The notes beneath the pieces were generated by a model that did no database searches, was not told the origin of the DNA, and saw only the letters and a list, made by a program, of their open reading frames with translations. Source: Takakia lepidozioides (taxonomy: Eukaryota > Plantae > Bryophyta). Taken from it: DNA of 64,000 bases. The stretch spans positions 62,000,001-62,064,000 of the forward strand of contig CM060734.1 in the NCBI GenBank assembly GCA_030704615.1, written 5' to 3'. The translations under genes were made by a program, and so were the position numbers. Positions within the stretch are counted from its first letter, which is position 1. The number at the start of each line of letters is the position of its first letter. Shown here piece after piece: positions 36,746-50,200 of this stretch.

Positions 36746-38174
36746 TACTTGACACAATAGCTCAAGTTTCTTTAGTGGTGATGGCGTCTGGATAAGCAAA
36801 TGGAGCAAGAGGATTGTGTATAAGTGATTTGTATGAAGGTTATCATGGGGTGGGTATGCCTAGGGTGCAACATTATTCAGTATGACGTGAGTCTGATCGA
36901 CTCCACACATTCTCATCAACACTGCTCTCAAGAGTTGTGCTGGAAGGTGAGGACAGTGAGGCCTTGTTCATTAGCAAGTCAGGCCTTGGCACTGCACGAC
37001 ATCACCATCAAATGGTGCTGTGAATGCATACAGTATTTGAGCGTGTCAGTGATCTTATGGAAGGACCTCTTATGGAAGTCTAGGGGTGGTTTCATGTCCA
37101 GGATGTGTTCAGTATGCAAGTGATTCTGAGACTGCGAACATCAGTTACTCTCTACTGACAACCTAAAGTGTACATATGAAAAATTGCTTGGCAGCCATCC
37201 GGAGCTGTGAGCATAATTGTCACGTTGTGTAAGATATACTGCAATTTGATGTACATAATTTCTAGCTTGAAAGGCTGGCTCCATGTTCCCGAGTTTCGTT
37301 CCATCGATTTCGTCGCAGAATGATTTTTGGATGGAATACATCAAGGTTGTCTTTCTGGAACTAGTAGGGAAGTGATAGGGAAGTTCTGGTTTCGAGAGAG
37401 AGAAGACTACAGCTAACACAGTAACTTGCATGATTAATGGCCCACTTTTTCTGATCTGTCACAAACTGTTTGTCATTGCTAGGCTGGGTTTCTCAAGGGG
37501 TTCACACTCCACAGAGACATGTATGTCCTACATATTGTGTCTGTATCATAATTGTTGCAGTAGTGATAACCAAATGGGCAACCTAGGTCTCTGGTAGCTG
37601 ACTAAGGAGCTCTTAGCCGTGCCTATCTTGCCAACAACAGTTAGTAAATCTACTCGACAGAGCGGGAAGGAGTCCTGCACTAACACTGACTAACACATAT
37701 CTGAACCTTCTTAGGTAAGCATGGTTAGCGACCCTGGTACGCATGCCCACCGTGAGTGCCTGCTTGCGTAACCCATTTCTGAACATTTCTGAGAATTAGG
37801 ATCCGGAGAAAATAATCGTGAGATGTAGCACCTCACTCCCTGTTACTGTGCCACATTGATTAAGTGCTGACTCTGATACAATGAGCTTGTTAGCGTGGAC
37901 TTGGATAGGGAATTCAGGCTACTTACATGAGCAGCAGAAGGCTGTTTTATAGTCTACCATTTATGAACAGGACAGGTTCCTAGAGTGCGCACTGGTTTCC
38001 TTAGCTGCCTATGTCCGGAAAGTTGTTGAGATGTTTCAGCATCCAAGGATGGTTGTGACGGTTTCATTTTTGGAGTAGGAAGTAATTCAGGGTCAAGGAA
38101 TTCCCTTTTGGTTTGTGGGATCGCAACAAAAACCCACAGCAACCATGCAATGCTTAAGAAAGGGTTTGGCATGC

Positions 38175-38737
38175 ATGAAGTCAATTGTTCCTGTAGTATG
38201 GTGGTAGTGCTTGGTATCTGTGGCCAAATTTATGCTGTGATTATCAGCACAGGGATTAACCCCAAATCAAAGCCATATATGTCTATGTTTTTATGGTTAT
38301 GCACATCTGGCATCAGGCCTGGCTTGTGGACTCGCTGGCCTCTCGGCAGGCATGGCCATTGGCATTGCTGGTAATGCAGGTGTCAGGTGATTTGTGCCGT
38401 TGTTTTTTTCACTCTTCCTATCATATTTTGATTGATTGCATTGGTTTGCTGCCATATGTGATAGGTTGACAGGTCTTATGTTTCAAACTCTTGATACCTG
38501 TTTAAACAAACATGCAGGGCAAGCCCATGCAATTTCAGTGATGAGTAAGTTGAACAGGACTTTTATGAGTGATGGCTTAAGCTAACAAAAGCAAGGGTGG
38601 TGTTTGGACAGAGCAAATGCACAGCAACCGAAGCTGTTTGTGGGGATGATTCTGATCCTCATCTTTGCGGGGCTTTATACGGTCTCATTGTGGGTATTAT
38701 CTTGTCATCTCGTGCTGGCCAATCACGTGTAGACTAA
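38175..38737 (+). pseudogene. VHA-c: V-ATPase 16-kDa proteolipid subunit c pseudogene (3' half, one intron)
   Basis: MKSIVPVV…[13 protein letters not shown]…[18 protein letters not shown]…GVR|[40 protein letters not shown]. Several frameshifts, the EAL segment is deleted and the 5' half is absent. Confidence 0.92.
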
Positions 38738-40907
38738 GTCACACTTGGCACAATTATTTCAGGTAAACATGTGTTACTACAGTGTGCGCTAATCCAACAA
38801 GCTCACTGATCATGGGGTTTAGGAAGAAATTCCATGTGTATAGTTTTGTTTCAGCCATGAGTTTCCATTAATTGAAAAGGGGACTTCAAACCCATTGAGC
38901 CAGGAAGGCTTTGGCAGCACCTTTTAATTAGGTTTGCGCACGCTTAATCATGTAAATAATTTAGGAAGTGTTGGGAAGCATTCAATCTGTTGATGCAATC
39001 CATGCCCCAGAAAGACTTTGGTGCACCGCAAGACAATTTTTGCACTACTCACGGTTTGGCAACAAGTGTGTATAGTGTATACGCATCCTTTAAGCGGCAA
39101 GACCTGCAGTGCTCCATGGTTGCAAATGGTATCTTGCAGTAGAGTCTCATTGCTACCAAACAAGATTGTGAAATTATTTGTGTCTTTAACCAGATTTAGA
39201 ATTCCCCGTTATGCCGGCCAAGTTTGTCAAGATGCAAAACTGTCCTGGTGAATCCTTCCTTCTCTTGCGTAAGGTTTTGAACTGCAATTGTGGGGGAAAA
39301 CCGGGCCATGATGGGTGATTGCTTCACTGGCAGGTTCAGCTCCTCTTCTCCTTTGCTCACTCACAATAATTACTGGACTACCCCGTCTGAATGTCAGACA
39401 TTATATTGAGTTTAACTGGTGAAGTTCTTACCCGAGGACTGCCCTGGATTTGAGAGAAAGGGCAGAGCCGAATATCCAGGAAAGTGGGCAAGAAAACCTG
39501 TTGTACAACAAAGCTCAAAAAATATTTTCCCAACCCCTGCCCGGATTTCAAGAATGTGCCAGGTTGAGGGCTGTAATCCAGAATCTCTCAGGCAAGAGCA
39601 TTGTAATCCAGCGACAGGCTATTCTGGTTTAGGATGTCACTATATTTACAGAGAGCAGTGCTTAGGTGTCATGTGGTATACACTGTACAGTCTGTGCCTC
39701 AATTGTGTGTGAGACAGATGTATCTCAAAGACACAGACACTTCCAGATCAGAAAGTTTAGAATAGGGCGTTTGACCATTGTACTGATCAATTTCATCATC
39801 CATATTAGGAAGTTGCTCGAAAAAAATGGAGGCCGGTCTGTCAGACATTACCCACCTTCCTCCTCGAGTCTTTAGTTTCCTATATCCTGTAGTGGCTGAT
39901 TATGAACATGTCAAGGAGGATTGGCAAGCATTTACTCAGAATACCTGCTCTTACTCCAGATCATTTTCCAACTCTAAACAGTAGAAACTAGATAAACACC
40001 TTCTGAATTCTATGAGGGGAATTCCCAGACCCAATGGCTTTCACAGGCGTGAGGTTCAGCACAGGGGGTGGGAGCCCAAGCGCCTGCGCCCCGTTCTTCT
40101 GCGCAAGTACAACGTTCCAGTACATGATTTTGAATCAGGTGCCATCAATGGGCTCCAACAGCACTTCCCTTCTGCCCACACCTTCTGTTTCTTAGAGTGG
40201 AAGGTTGTACCTTCACCCTCAGGAAGGCATGGGATGGCATTCCCACAGGAAGGCAGGCAGGCCATGGCATTCACTCTCAAGAGGTGTGGTCAAATACAAA
40301 GGCTGAAACCCCAAAGGGCACTATACCCCAAAGTGAATGCCCAAAGGGAGATTGCTTTGCTATGCCCGCAGAATATATAGCCAAAAAAGTGAGCTGGCTT
40401 GCCATGCCAAATTATTGTACAAGTGAACCACAGAACCCAACCTCATGTAGTTTGTTCTGCTGTGCCTGTATTACCTGTGATCCAAACCCCATCTCAGATG
40501 GGTTGGAGGCCATTGATACAAATTATGCTACTGACGTGCAAAAACTACGATGGACAGTGCCTCCCATCCTGCTAGTATGAGCTATACAGGTTCATATTGC
40601 ACATGAATAAAGCCACCTAGACTGGAGGAACAACGCAGTTTTTGCCTTTGAGCTAACTGCCAGTCTCCTGCCATGATGTTACATCCTCATTGGTAAGTCC
40701 AAACAGAGGAGAATTCAAAATTTCTTTCAGGGTTATTATGGTCCTATCTATCTACATGACAGTTTTGCATACTGCCCTGTCTGTGTAATTGGGGTTAGCC
40801 TCACTGTACACACAGTACCACCTGCCCAAACATTTTGGAAATGCAATGAGGAGTACTGCTCATCTGGAGTAACCAGCTGTATCAAAAATGGGAAACAAAG
40901 ACAGAAA

Positions 40908-43693
40908 TTAGATTCTGTCAGCGATTTTGCTCAGCGCATCAGCTAGTTTCTGAAGCACTCCAACCAAGCTGTCTGCCTGCTCCTTGCGCTGGGCACGGTC
41001 AAGTTGCGCATTGTGATTGTGAGCATCAGTTTGGACCTGAATACTGTGAGCCAGTGCAGCCTGCATTACCTTGCCACTGCTCTCCAGGGCCAGAACCAGC
41101 TGCTCCTTGTATGTGTCATCGTCAGCATCCCGGAATGCACGGTTTCGCTTCTTACGACCACCGCTCAAAAACGCTTTCTGATCCTCCCTTCCACCTGCAC
41201 AGCATGCAGTGTTTGAAGCCATTGGCACACAATACTTCCAGCCAAATGTCCTCACTCTAGAATGGGGAAGGTGAACATGCTCTTCATACATGTCTAAAAT
41301 ATGCAGGTCAAAAAGTCTGACCACTATATTAACAGCTAACTGAAGATGGGAAAGGATGCAGAAGATAGGCCTTACTTGAATGAGAGGTGAAGGCACCATC
41401 CAGCTGGGCCATATCAGGTACATCGTGGTCATCATGGTCCTGCTCCAGTTCGGGAAGTAATCTAGCCCCGTGGATGGAAGGGCGGGAGCTGTCAAACAAT
41501 GAGACAGGAACCATGCTGGGCTTTCCCCCAAGCATCCCATCAATGTCTGCAAAAACTTCTGCATCATACTTTCCTGGCAGTTTGTTCTCCCTCCTTTTTT
41601 TACTCTTCATCACCTGTGAGGATGTTGTAGATTTCAGATATAAGTTCTAATGTTCACCTGGTTGGAGCCACTGCAAGGACCAAGTTCAGAAGCATTTTCC
41701 TGGCCTTCAGTAAAAATACTGATGGACCAAAGTACTGATTTTCAGCTAAAAGTGGAGACCAGCCCCCAAACAACTTTACAGAAGCAACTGACTAGGGGAG
41801 AATTATTTTGACTAAGAGCTTCCTGCCATAACTGCCATAGGAACTCCTCTAGGAGACTCCTAGACACCTGGTATGAGGGCTGGGGACCATACCAGAAACC
41901 ACAAGCTCACACACCCTACATTGTTGAAAGGGTTTCTGACATGATAGTGAAAAGGTTCACATCAAAGTGTATTGAAAACAAAGTACCCAATATGAGTCCA
42001 CTCCGCTCCGCTTGCGCCAATCGCGGATCTTCTTATAGTCATCCCACAGATTGCTCCACCGCTTGCGGCACTGCTTAGCATCCCGATCCACACCAGAGGC
42101 TTTGCAGTAGGTTGAGACAGACTCCCACTTCTCATCAGCTGTAACCAACTTCTTCTTGTTGGGGCCCAGCATTTTTAGCTCCTCCTCACGCTTACGCTTT
42201 GCTGCCACCAGAACACGGCTCTCATGTTTTGTCCATCGCGGATTGCGAGCCCCCTTGTCATCACCTTCTTGTTCTGCTAGTGCTGCATTCAATGGCACCA
42301 GAAATGGCCTCTATCATATCTCACTGTGCACATTTTAACAGAAAGTGTGTGCCTGTGATGTCAACATGACCGTTAATGCTTGAAACAGACGTGTGCCTAC
42401 CTGAGGGTGGGGAAGAACTGCCATCACCCTGACCAAGGTCAGCTATGTCATGGTCATCATGGTCCTGCTCCACTTCTGAGAAAAGGCCATCCTCCGTTGT
42501 GTGGAGGGCATGGTCAAGTGCAGCATCAGGCGAATCGCTGGGCTTTCGACCCAAGAACGCGTCCATCTCGGCAAACACCTCCTCATCAAAGGCACCTGGC
42601 AGCTTCTGATCCCGCCGCTTATCGCTTCGCATCACCCAATATGACTCAAGACTATTCAAGCGCTGCCAGTCCCTGAATACAAACTCAGTAACATTTGTTT
42701 CTCTAAGAATATCTGCGAAAATAAATGCATATCTCATTCAACCTTCCCCTTGAAGAATTAACTTTGATGGCCCATTGGATTTTGTTTTAGTGGGGCTAAA
42801 AGTTTAAACATTTGTTAGTACAGATATCAGGGTAAGCACCCTCTGTGACATGCTTAACCCTGGATTCACAGCACATGCACCACCGACCGGCATTTGTTTC
42901 TCGGATACAATGTGGGCATTAGGTGGGTGTGTAACATGCTCTTAGAAACCATGCATTATTATGGTTCACCTGTTTGGCCTTCCTACAATGCAAACGTCCT
43001 GCTTCCTGTCGAAGTAAAATAACCCACTAATTTCACTCTCTTTCAATAAGCTTTGCAGAAAGGGGGTAGATCCAGGCCTCAAGCAAACACCCACACCAAA
43101 CTTATGCCAGATGAAGTGACATCCCCGTTGTCCACTCAAATTGGAGATGTCATCAAACACACTGGGGTGAAGAATCATCTTCAACACAAGCGCAACAATC
43201 ATAATTCTTTAATCGCAAGAAATAATATGGGGCTTTCAAAGCAGCCTGGATCTTGTGGACCCGAAAGGCAACACAAAGGAGCTGCGGCGGAAGTACCATT
43301 TCACCAGAATGGCCTCAAAGTCAGATTCAGTTCCTGATAATTCTGGTGGGAAAATTACCAACACACAGCATCCACGGAAGCAAGAAACGCATACCTGATC
43401 TTTTTGTACTCGCCGAAGAGGTTGCTCCATCGCTTGCGGCATTGGCGCGCATCCCTGTCCACCCCACTAGATTTGAGCAACACATACACATATTCCCAGC
43501 GCTCCTCACCTGTGAGCCGACAAGCATCTTCTTCTTGCTTTTTCTTGGCGGCCACCAGCACGCTGGTCTCATGCTTGGTCCAGCGGGGGTTGCGAGCACT
43601 CTTGTCATCTGGACCATCATCCAGATGCTCTGCCATAGCCACCAGGGAACCCCCATTTCCAGGGTCACTCACAGCGCCAATGCCCTCCGGCAT
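40908..43693 (-). CDS. ASR3/SH4-clade trihelix transcription factor with two Myb/SANT-like trihelix modules (5 exons)
   Basis: Two copies of RNPRWTKHE…W…GVDRDAxQCRKRWSNL…YKKIRDW…SYWVM…KLPG…EQDHDDHD. ASR3-type C-terminus QRKEQADSLVGVLQKLADALSKIADRI*. Confidence 0.9.
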
Positions 43694-45679
43694 AGCTGCC
43701 CTGCCTCCTCTCACACCACTTTGCTGCAATCCTGGGGAGGGGTGGGTGGGGCTGAGGCGCGGCGGAGTGGTGGCGCGGGGGGAGGCGGGGGCTAAGGCGC
43801 ACTATGGGCAGTGAGGTGAGAGATGACCAGAGAGGTGCGGGAAACACAATCTGCAAGTGAGAGGTAAGGAGGTAGAACCGGCCACCTCTTCTCATAAACC
43901 AATCCAACATTCTCTCCAACACGTTCTCTCAGAGACTCTTCACGCGCAATCTTCCTTCAAATTCTTGGCAATCATCCCTCGCGTCGCAAATCCTTGCCTT
44001 CAAAATCTCACAGGGCTCAAGCAAAGCGTTTAGGGTTAAAGACCAGCAAGCTGTCCGAGGGAGCGACCGGCGCCGGAAGCAGCCGGTATCTTTCAGGATA
44101 ATATCGGGTTAAAGTTATCATCTTTAAGAACTCGTATAGAATAATTAAGTCAAAGTCATGGATTTCAAGTCTTTTTACCGGGAGCCCGGCTGTAGGAGGT
44201 CATTATTTTCAGTAAACTACTTAATCGGGCGGGACTTTACTTGAAAACTGCCAAGAACGCTGTGAGACGGATGAATAAGACGTTCATCCATTTAAACGGA
44301 ACTGTTAGCTGACAAGTGGGATTAACCTTCGATTGGATGAACGTCGAATTTCATCACTATGTATTCCTTTATTTCATTCACACTCGATTCACTCATTCAG
44401 CTGTGGATGAATGTGTGATGGACACGTTGATTGGGGACGACGGGCACGTGGCGGTCATCTCTGCAAGGCCCGCTTCCTTCGAGCTGTGAAGGTCGCGGGC
44501 CGCATCGTTCTGCACGGAATTCGCACAGTGCGACAGTGCGGTTTCATGTTGCTCGTGTTGAATTCCTTTTCTGGTATGACGTTGAATCGTACATTTGAAA
44601 TGTGGAGTAGAGGTAGGATTCTTTGGAAGTTTAAGGATTGGGTCTGCATTGTGGAACCAAAAGCAGCGGAATCCTACTCCTCAAGTTGATAGGACCGACG
44701 CAACATTTTTTCTTGTGTTGTTCTCAGTGTGAATTTCCTTTTTTCTTGATACTTGTTCGAGGTTTCTGGCACGCCAAGGGAAACAGACCCGTTTACTTCC
44801 TGTGTTTTGTCTGTTGAAGCTGAGATTCCACAATTTTGTGTATGGAAACCTCGGCCTTCTTAGTGAACGTGACTCCGACGGGGAGAGGGTCTGGTTTTTC
44901 TCTTCTCATGGTGAATCCTTATGAGGAATATGCAATTATGTTTTTTGAGTTACCAGTTGTACCTTCAAAGTTATGAAAAAATAAGTACTGTCTGCTCCCG
45001 TCTGTTTCATAATATTTGGGAGAGACGGAAACCTATAGGTGACGATATTTTGGCAAATATAGAGAAATCTAGTAAAACAAGAGGCTGAATGGAACACATC
45101 GGAAGTATAACCTTGCATGTTCTCACTTTGCTAGCTCGAAAAGTGTCTTCCAAGGGAATGCATGGTGAGAACAGTTTTCGTAGCATTTGAGGATTGAGAC
45201 TGCACACACAGCTCTTCCTCAAGGAGATAAAAGGCACGAATATGCCCTGATTCTGCTGGTCCAAGGTGTTCCTTGCGAAAATTTGGCAGGTTCAAGATTT
45301 CTAATTACCGTCGCTTTCTTACTGAATGGCAGAAAAAGAATATGACAAGGACCAAGAGGTTCCAGGATGGTCTCAGTCCTGTCGTTGATGACAAATGTTG
45401 CAGTTTAGTAGGCGGTGAGAAATTTTGTCGAGCTGCTTGTTTTTGAGGATTGGGTCAGTAAGAGGAGTGGGTCAAACTGGTCACTCTTACTGCAGGTGAG
45501 AAGAGTACAGATGGTTTGTCCCCTTTGATCTGCTTACGATATGAAATTTATGTTTGCTGCAGGGGTCTCTTCTCCTGTTCTAACAGAGTTTCCTGTATCT
45601 CTTAATTCTCATCTTTTTAACCAAATTATGGCTGTCAATCACAGGGAGTTTCAAGGAGTGGTAAAGGAAGACAGTAATA

Positions 45680-48600
45680 ATGAGGGGTCCTGTTCAAAGG
45701 GGTCATTCAGATGTTTCGGGTCCCTTGAATATAAAGCTTGGGGAATTGCTCAAATATCATTGGAAAGATTGGCTGCTGATTGTGGGCCTCGTAGTCCTTG
45801 AGATTCCTCTTCAGAACATCCACCCTCATAAGCGCTATGTGGGTAGATGGATGTTTGTTACGGGAGAGCTGAGATACCCATCAAAGAGAGAGACAGTCCC
45901 TGTTGCGGGTGTGGCGGTATGTCTTCCTCATGTTTCTCTTACTTTGTTGGTTTCTGTGGACTATTAGAACACAATCACTTCTTCTGTTTTCTTCAATTTC
46001 TTTTTCAACACATTATAACAGCAGTTTGTCTGTAAATTGGGTGTGTCAAAAATGCTGAGGGTGAGCCTTGGCCCCAGACCTGATGTCAGTGGAAAAGTTT
46101 CTCTTCAAAAATGTTGCCATCCAGTTGTGGCACTGCAGGCCTTGCAATTGGTCTGGACATTGATCTCACTCATGTTGTGGGAACTCATAACTGCTGCTTT
46201 TCTGATGCTGCTGGCCTTAACTTCAGTGTTCACCACTTCATTTGGTTTCGTTGGTGGGCTGAAGGTTAGACCATAATGTTTGCACTCGTGGATGTGAGCA
46301 GGTCGTTGCTTTGGTGATACCTGTTGTGGTTGTTTTGGGTTATTATTTTCAGAGAAGAGAAGTCAGAGATTTGCACCAAGCTGTACTTGGTATGACTTCG
46401 GCCCCCTTATGTGCAGTTCCAGGAATTGTGTATTTGGGCATTGGCGATGAAAATGTGGATGTGCATATCCTCCTTAGATGATTGGGCTCTCTTGCTAGTG
46501 TTTGATTGGGTTGACAATACAGTTTGTTTCTTATTCAGCGCAATTAACAGCATGTTGGGGTTCCTCCTTCCCCATCTCGTCACCTGTAATCATTCACACA
46601 CATCTGGTCATGGATCCTGGTTGTTACTGAATTGGTGCTCTTCTCCTCCAGGACTTTTTAGTGCAGTCATACTCACTGCAGTGATTACGGATTCCCTCAA
46701 GGACGGAGTGGGGCGTCCGAGACCAGACTTTTACGCCCGGTGTTTTGGGAGTCCTACTGCCCAAGATGTAATTACAGTCTGCAGTTGTCTTCTATCATTT
46801 TTCCCTCTAGCATTGTCCATATCTTTGTGCTTTCCGGATAGTCTCCAGAAACAATTGGTGTGGCATGCATCGAAGCCCAGTGAGGGTACAATTTTATGTC
46901 TTCTATATGCAATGTTTACACACAAATTATGGAGATTCTTCAATGTAAAGTTGTGTGGATTGGAGAAATTCTGATGGTAGCAATGTCGAGTTGCTCAATG
47001 GCAGTATTATGATTCAGATGGTAATGTGGCATGCAATGGATCTGCATCTGTCATCCGGGAGGGCCGCAAGAGTTTTCCCAGCGGCCATGCGTCTTGTGCG
47101 TTCTGAACCTCTATTTGCGGCTATATGCACACAATAATATTGGACAGGACTTGTCTTCAGTTGGTTTCTACAGGAAAAATCCTGGCAATGTGGGAGTGCT
47201 GTATACAATCTGCTTAAGTTGTTGTGGTTACTTGGTGGTGCTCAGGGTCATTTGCTGGAATGGGCTATTTGGCCATGTATCTGGCAGGCAAGTGTGGTAT
47301 GTTTGATAGGAGGGGTCACTCTTGGAAGCTGCTGCCAGTAAGCTGTCCCCTGCTCTGGGCAATCTTTGTTGGAATATCACGTCTAGAGGACTATTGGCAC
47401 CACTGGACAGATGTATTTGGTGGGGCTCTTATAGGTAAGACAATTAGCCCCTGCCACATTACTTCCACTTGGTGACCACAATACCAGCAGTGTCGCTCCT
47501 ATATGTTTGCGGGACATCTAAATGCTAATTACTTGGTGCTCATTACTAAAGTGGATCTCTCACTTTCAGAAGAAGCAATGAGCTTAATGCAGGCTTATCT
47601 AAAGACACAGACTCCCCCTCTCTTCTCTCTTGCTCTCTCGCTCTCTGTGTCTCGCCCTACCCTAAATGTCCTTCCTTTGTTGCCACATTAGTTTTAGAAT
47701 TTTACACTGGTTCTTTCTGCGTTCTGGGTCCTCTGGGCCTCGCATGTCGGTTATAAAAAATTACCCTTCTTTCTTTCTTGCACACAGGTTCTGTTTTCCC
47801 ACTTCCATCAGTGTCATTGCTCTCTGATCCTCCTCAGCCCAGCTGAGATCACCGACAGCTCAAGGTTATGTAGAGACACCTGCTGCAACATTAGAGGTTA
47901 TTCTGACAGTATCCTCACCATGACTACTGTGGCCTGGAAGGTCATCGCATATATTACTGTTTTATCTTTTGATACAGCCTCTTATCTACACCGACGTTGT
48001 TGATACCCAAGAGTTTGAACTTGGACCGCAGCTGTTTATATACTGTTGAATGCTTTGACTGCCAGCAACTATATTGAAGGAAAGTGAACAGAGGAGTACC
48101 ATGGGTTGGAAGTTGAATATGATAATGGAGAACTGCCTGGAACCTGGTGGATTGATGAAGCACAAGTTTTGGTCCGTTTGCAATGCAATGTGTATCAATT
48201 GGTGGTGTGCAACAAAAAACTGCATTGCTGATTTGTTGCATTCGCAGGATTGGGTGCAGCTTATTTCTTCTATCGCCAACACTTTCCAAGCGTGTTTGAC
48301 AATGATGGTGAGTCTTTATTGTGGTCAGTTTTTCCTGCAATCCTTCTCCATTAGTGGTTGTTCTGCTCAAACTGGGCAACCGTCCACAAGGCTACAGCAA
48401 GCAACGTCTTATGAGTGCATTCTGTAAGGATCATATGGGATGTTGATATTTGGATGCCTTGCAATTATAGTTGGTATCAACCTCCACAAAAAGGGGCAGT
48501 AGTTGCTGTAGTTAATGCATGCTTCCAGTCAGGCACTGCCATGCTGCAGTTGTTGAAAAGCATGTTCGGGACAGAGGTAGAAGATCTGGATGTTGCCTGA

Positions 48601-48836
48601 CCTTGGGTATTTGTGCTTATCTCCAATTATTTTGTATCAGCTATATATGAGGTAGAATACTAATTTCTCCATGTATTTGTGCAGCTGCAAATCCATATGC
48701 ACATTGGGGAGGTGCTTTCTCTCCCGAGATGTTGGCCCCTCAACTTAGCTGGGATTTCCATCCTTCTGCTCCTGCTGATGTGCCATATCATCATTTCCGT
48801 AACGGTGCACCAGATAATTTGGAAGGGGCATCTTGA
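45680..48836 (+). CDS. LPP: Lipid phosphate phosphatase (PAP2 family), 7 coding exons
   Basis: Motifs [17 protein letters not shown] and [12 protein letters not shown] all intact. Exons ~45680-45916, 46302-46389, 46651-46767, 47005-47095, 47246-47453, 48248-48308 and 48685-48836. Confidence 0.93.
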
Positions 48837-50200
48837 AAGTGCAACTGATGGATAATTTCAGTCTTCTGTTGTGTAAAGAGCAACCTGTGAGCTTCTACGT
48901 CAAGTTTGATTTTGATCACCCTGTTTGTCAGTTAGAAGTATAGCCTTCATGGCTGATAGATTGTACGCAAAAGGCCTGGAATTGAATGTTTCAAGGCCTG
49001 CCCTTCTAGATCAGACTTCTGGATCTCTGTTTGTTGGCACCGGAAAAGACACAAGCTGGCCCTTTCATTTTTGTTTTTGACCTTGATCATATGCCTCTTG
49101 AAGCTCAATTATGGTGTCAACGTTATTTTTTCTCCTGATGTACATTATTCGTGAATCCATGGTGGATGTAGATTGTCCTCTTGAACTTCTCTTCGCTTTG
49201 ATGTCTAAAATGAAAGCCCTCTCAAGTGATGGCCGCCTTCCATAATCAGTGGCAAGAAGAGTTGTCCATGTTCTGTGATTGTTGAATTCTCTTTCCACTT
49301 TCAGTCTGATTTTCTTACCCACCGCAAATGTTTGGATGATGGCAGGAGATGAAAAGCTATCACAGGCTTAACGTGGTTTAGCCTGGGGCGCACCCCACCG
49401 CTGAACAGTTGGTGCCCCTGTCCCTCCTTCAACTGCATTTCGCGAGGGTTGCATTTGGCAAGGGTGAGGTGATTAACATGGGTTTACAAACTGTCAGTTC
49501 TTGAGTTGAGGGGCCAATGTATTTGCATTGTAATAGTGAGGGTTATTTTATTTATGGACGTTTAAGCCATACTCCATTGGGTGGAGATGGAGGTAGAGAG
49601 GAGTTAGTAACACATCAAGGAAGACGTGAACTTCTTCAAGTGGCCCCAGTAGCATGGGCCACTCGACACAATGTAATGATTTCACTGGCCGTCTCTGGGC
49701 AATGCTAGAGAAATAATACATCATGCAGCTCTGGGAATCGCCAAGCCTGACACATTCATTTTAGCAACATCTTTTCATTCTGAGCTGTGGGACATGCTTA
49801 GTACAAGGCTTCTTTCATTGGCCCTCATCTCTGGGTTCACGGAGTGCAGAATGTTCTAGTCTTGCTTCCTCCTTTCCATATAAGATCAACCAATTCTGGA
49901 ACTGATCACCTTCACCAGAAGTTGCACAGGCACAAGGAGAAGACAACTGGGATCTGGGATATGTACTCTGTTCTTACACCACTATAGAGCCCTTGTTTTT
50001 CCCTTCTAGAACCACCCTCAGATTAGCAGGATATTGCTCTAATAACAGCTCAAATGCTTGCAAATCAAAGAGCACCAAGTAGCACACTGACCGTCCGATT
50101 CGGAACATCTTGATGCTGGGACGGCTGGGAAGCATCGGAGATGAGAGACTGGTGTGTCTCGGCCATGGCAGCCTGCGCTGTGTTATAACTTAGTGGAGGG

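Noticed and set aside
39419-40580. Short ORFs between the VHA-c pseudogene and the trihelix gene
   Set aside because: Overlapping frames with no homology signal. Likely intergenic or 3' UTR.
49335-49410. Possible C/D snoRNA or structured RNA (small CAGGCT…AGCCTG hairpin, CTGA)
   Set aside because: No canonical C box, terminal stem or identifiable rRNA guide.
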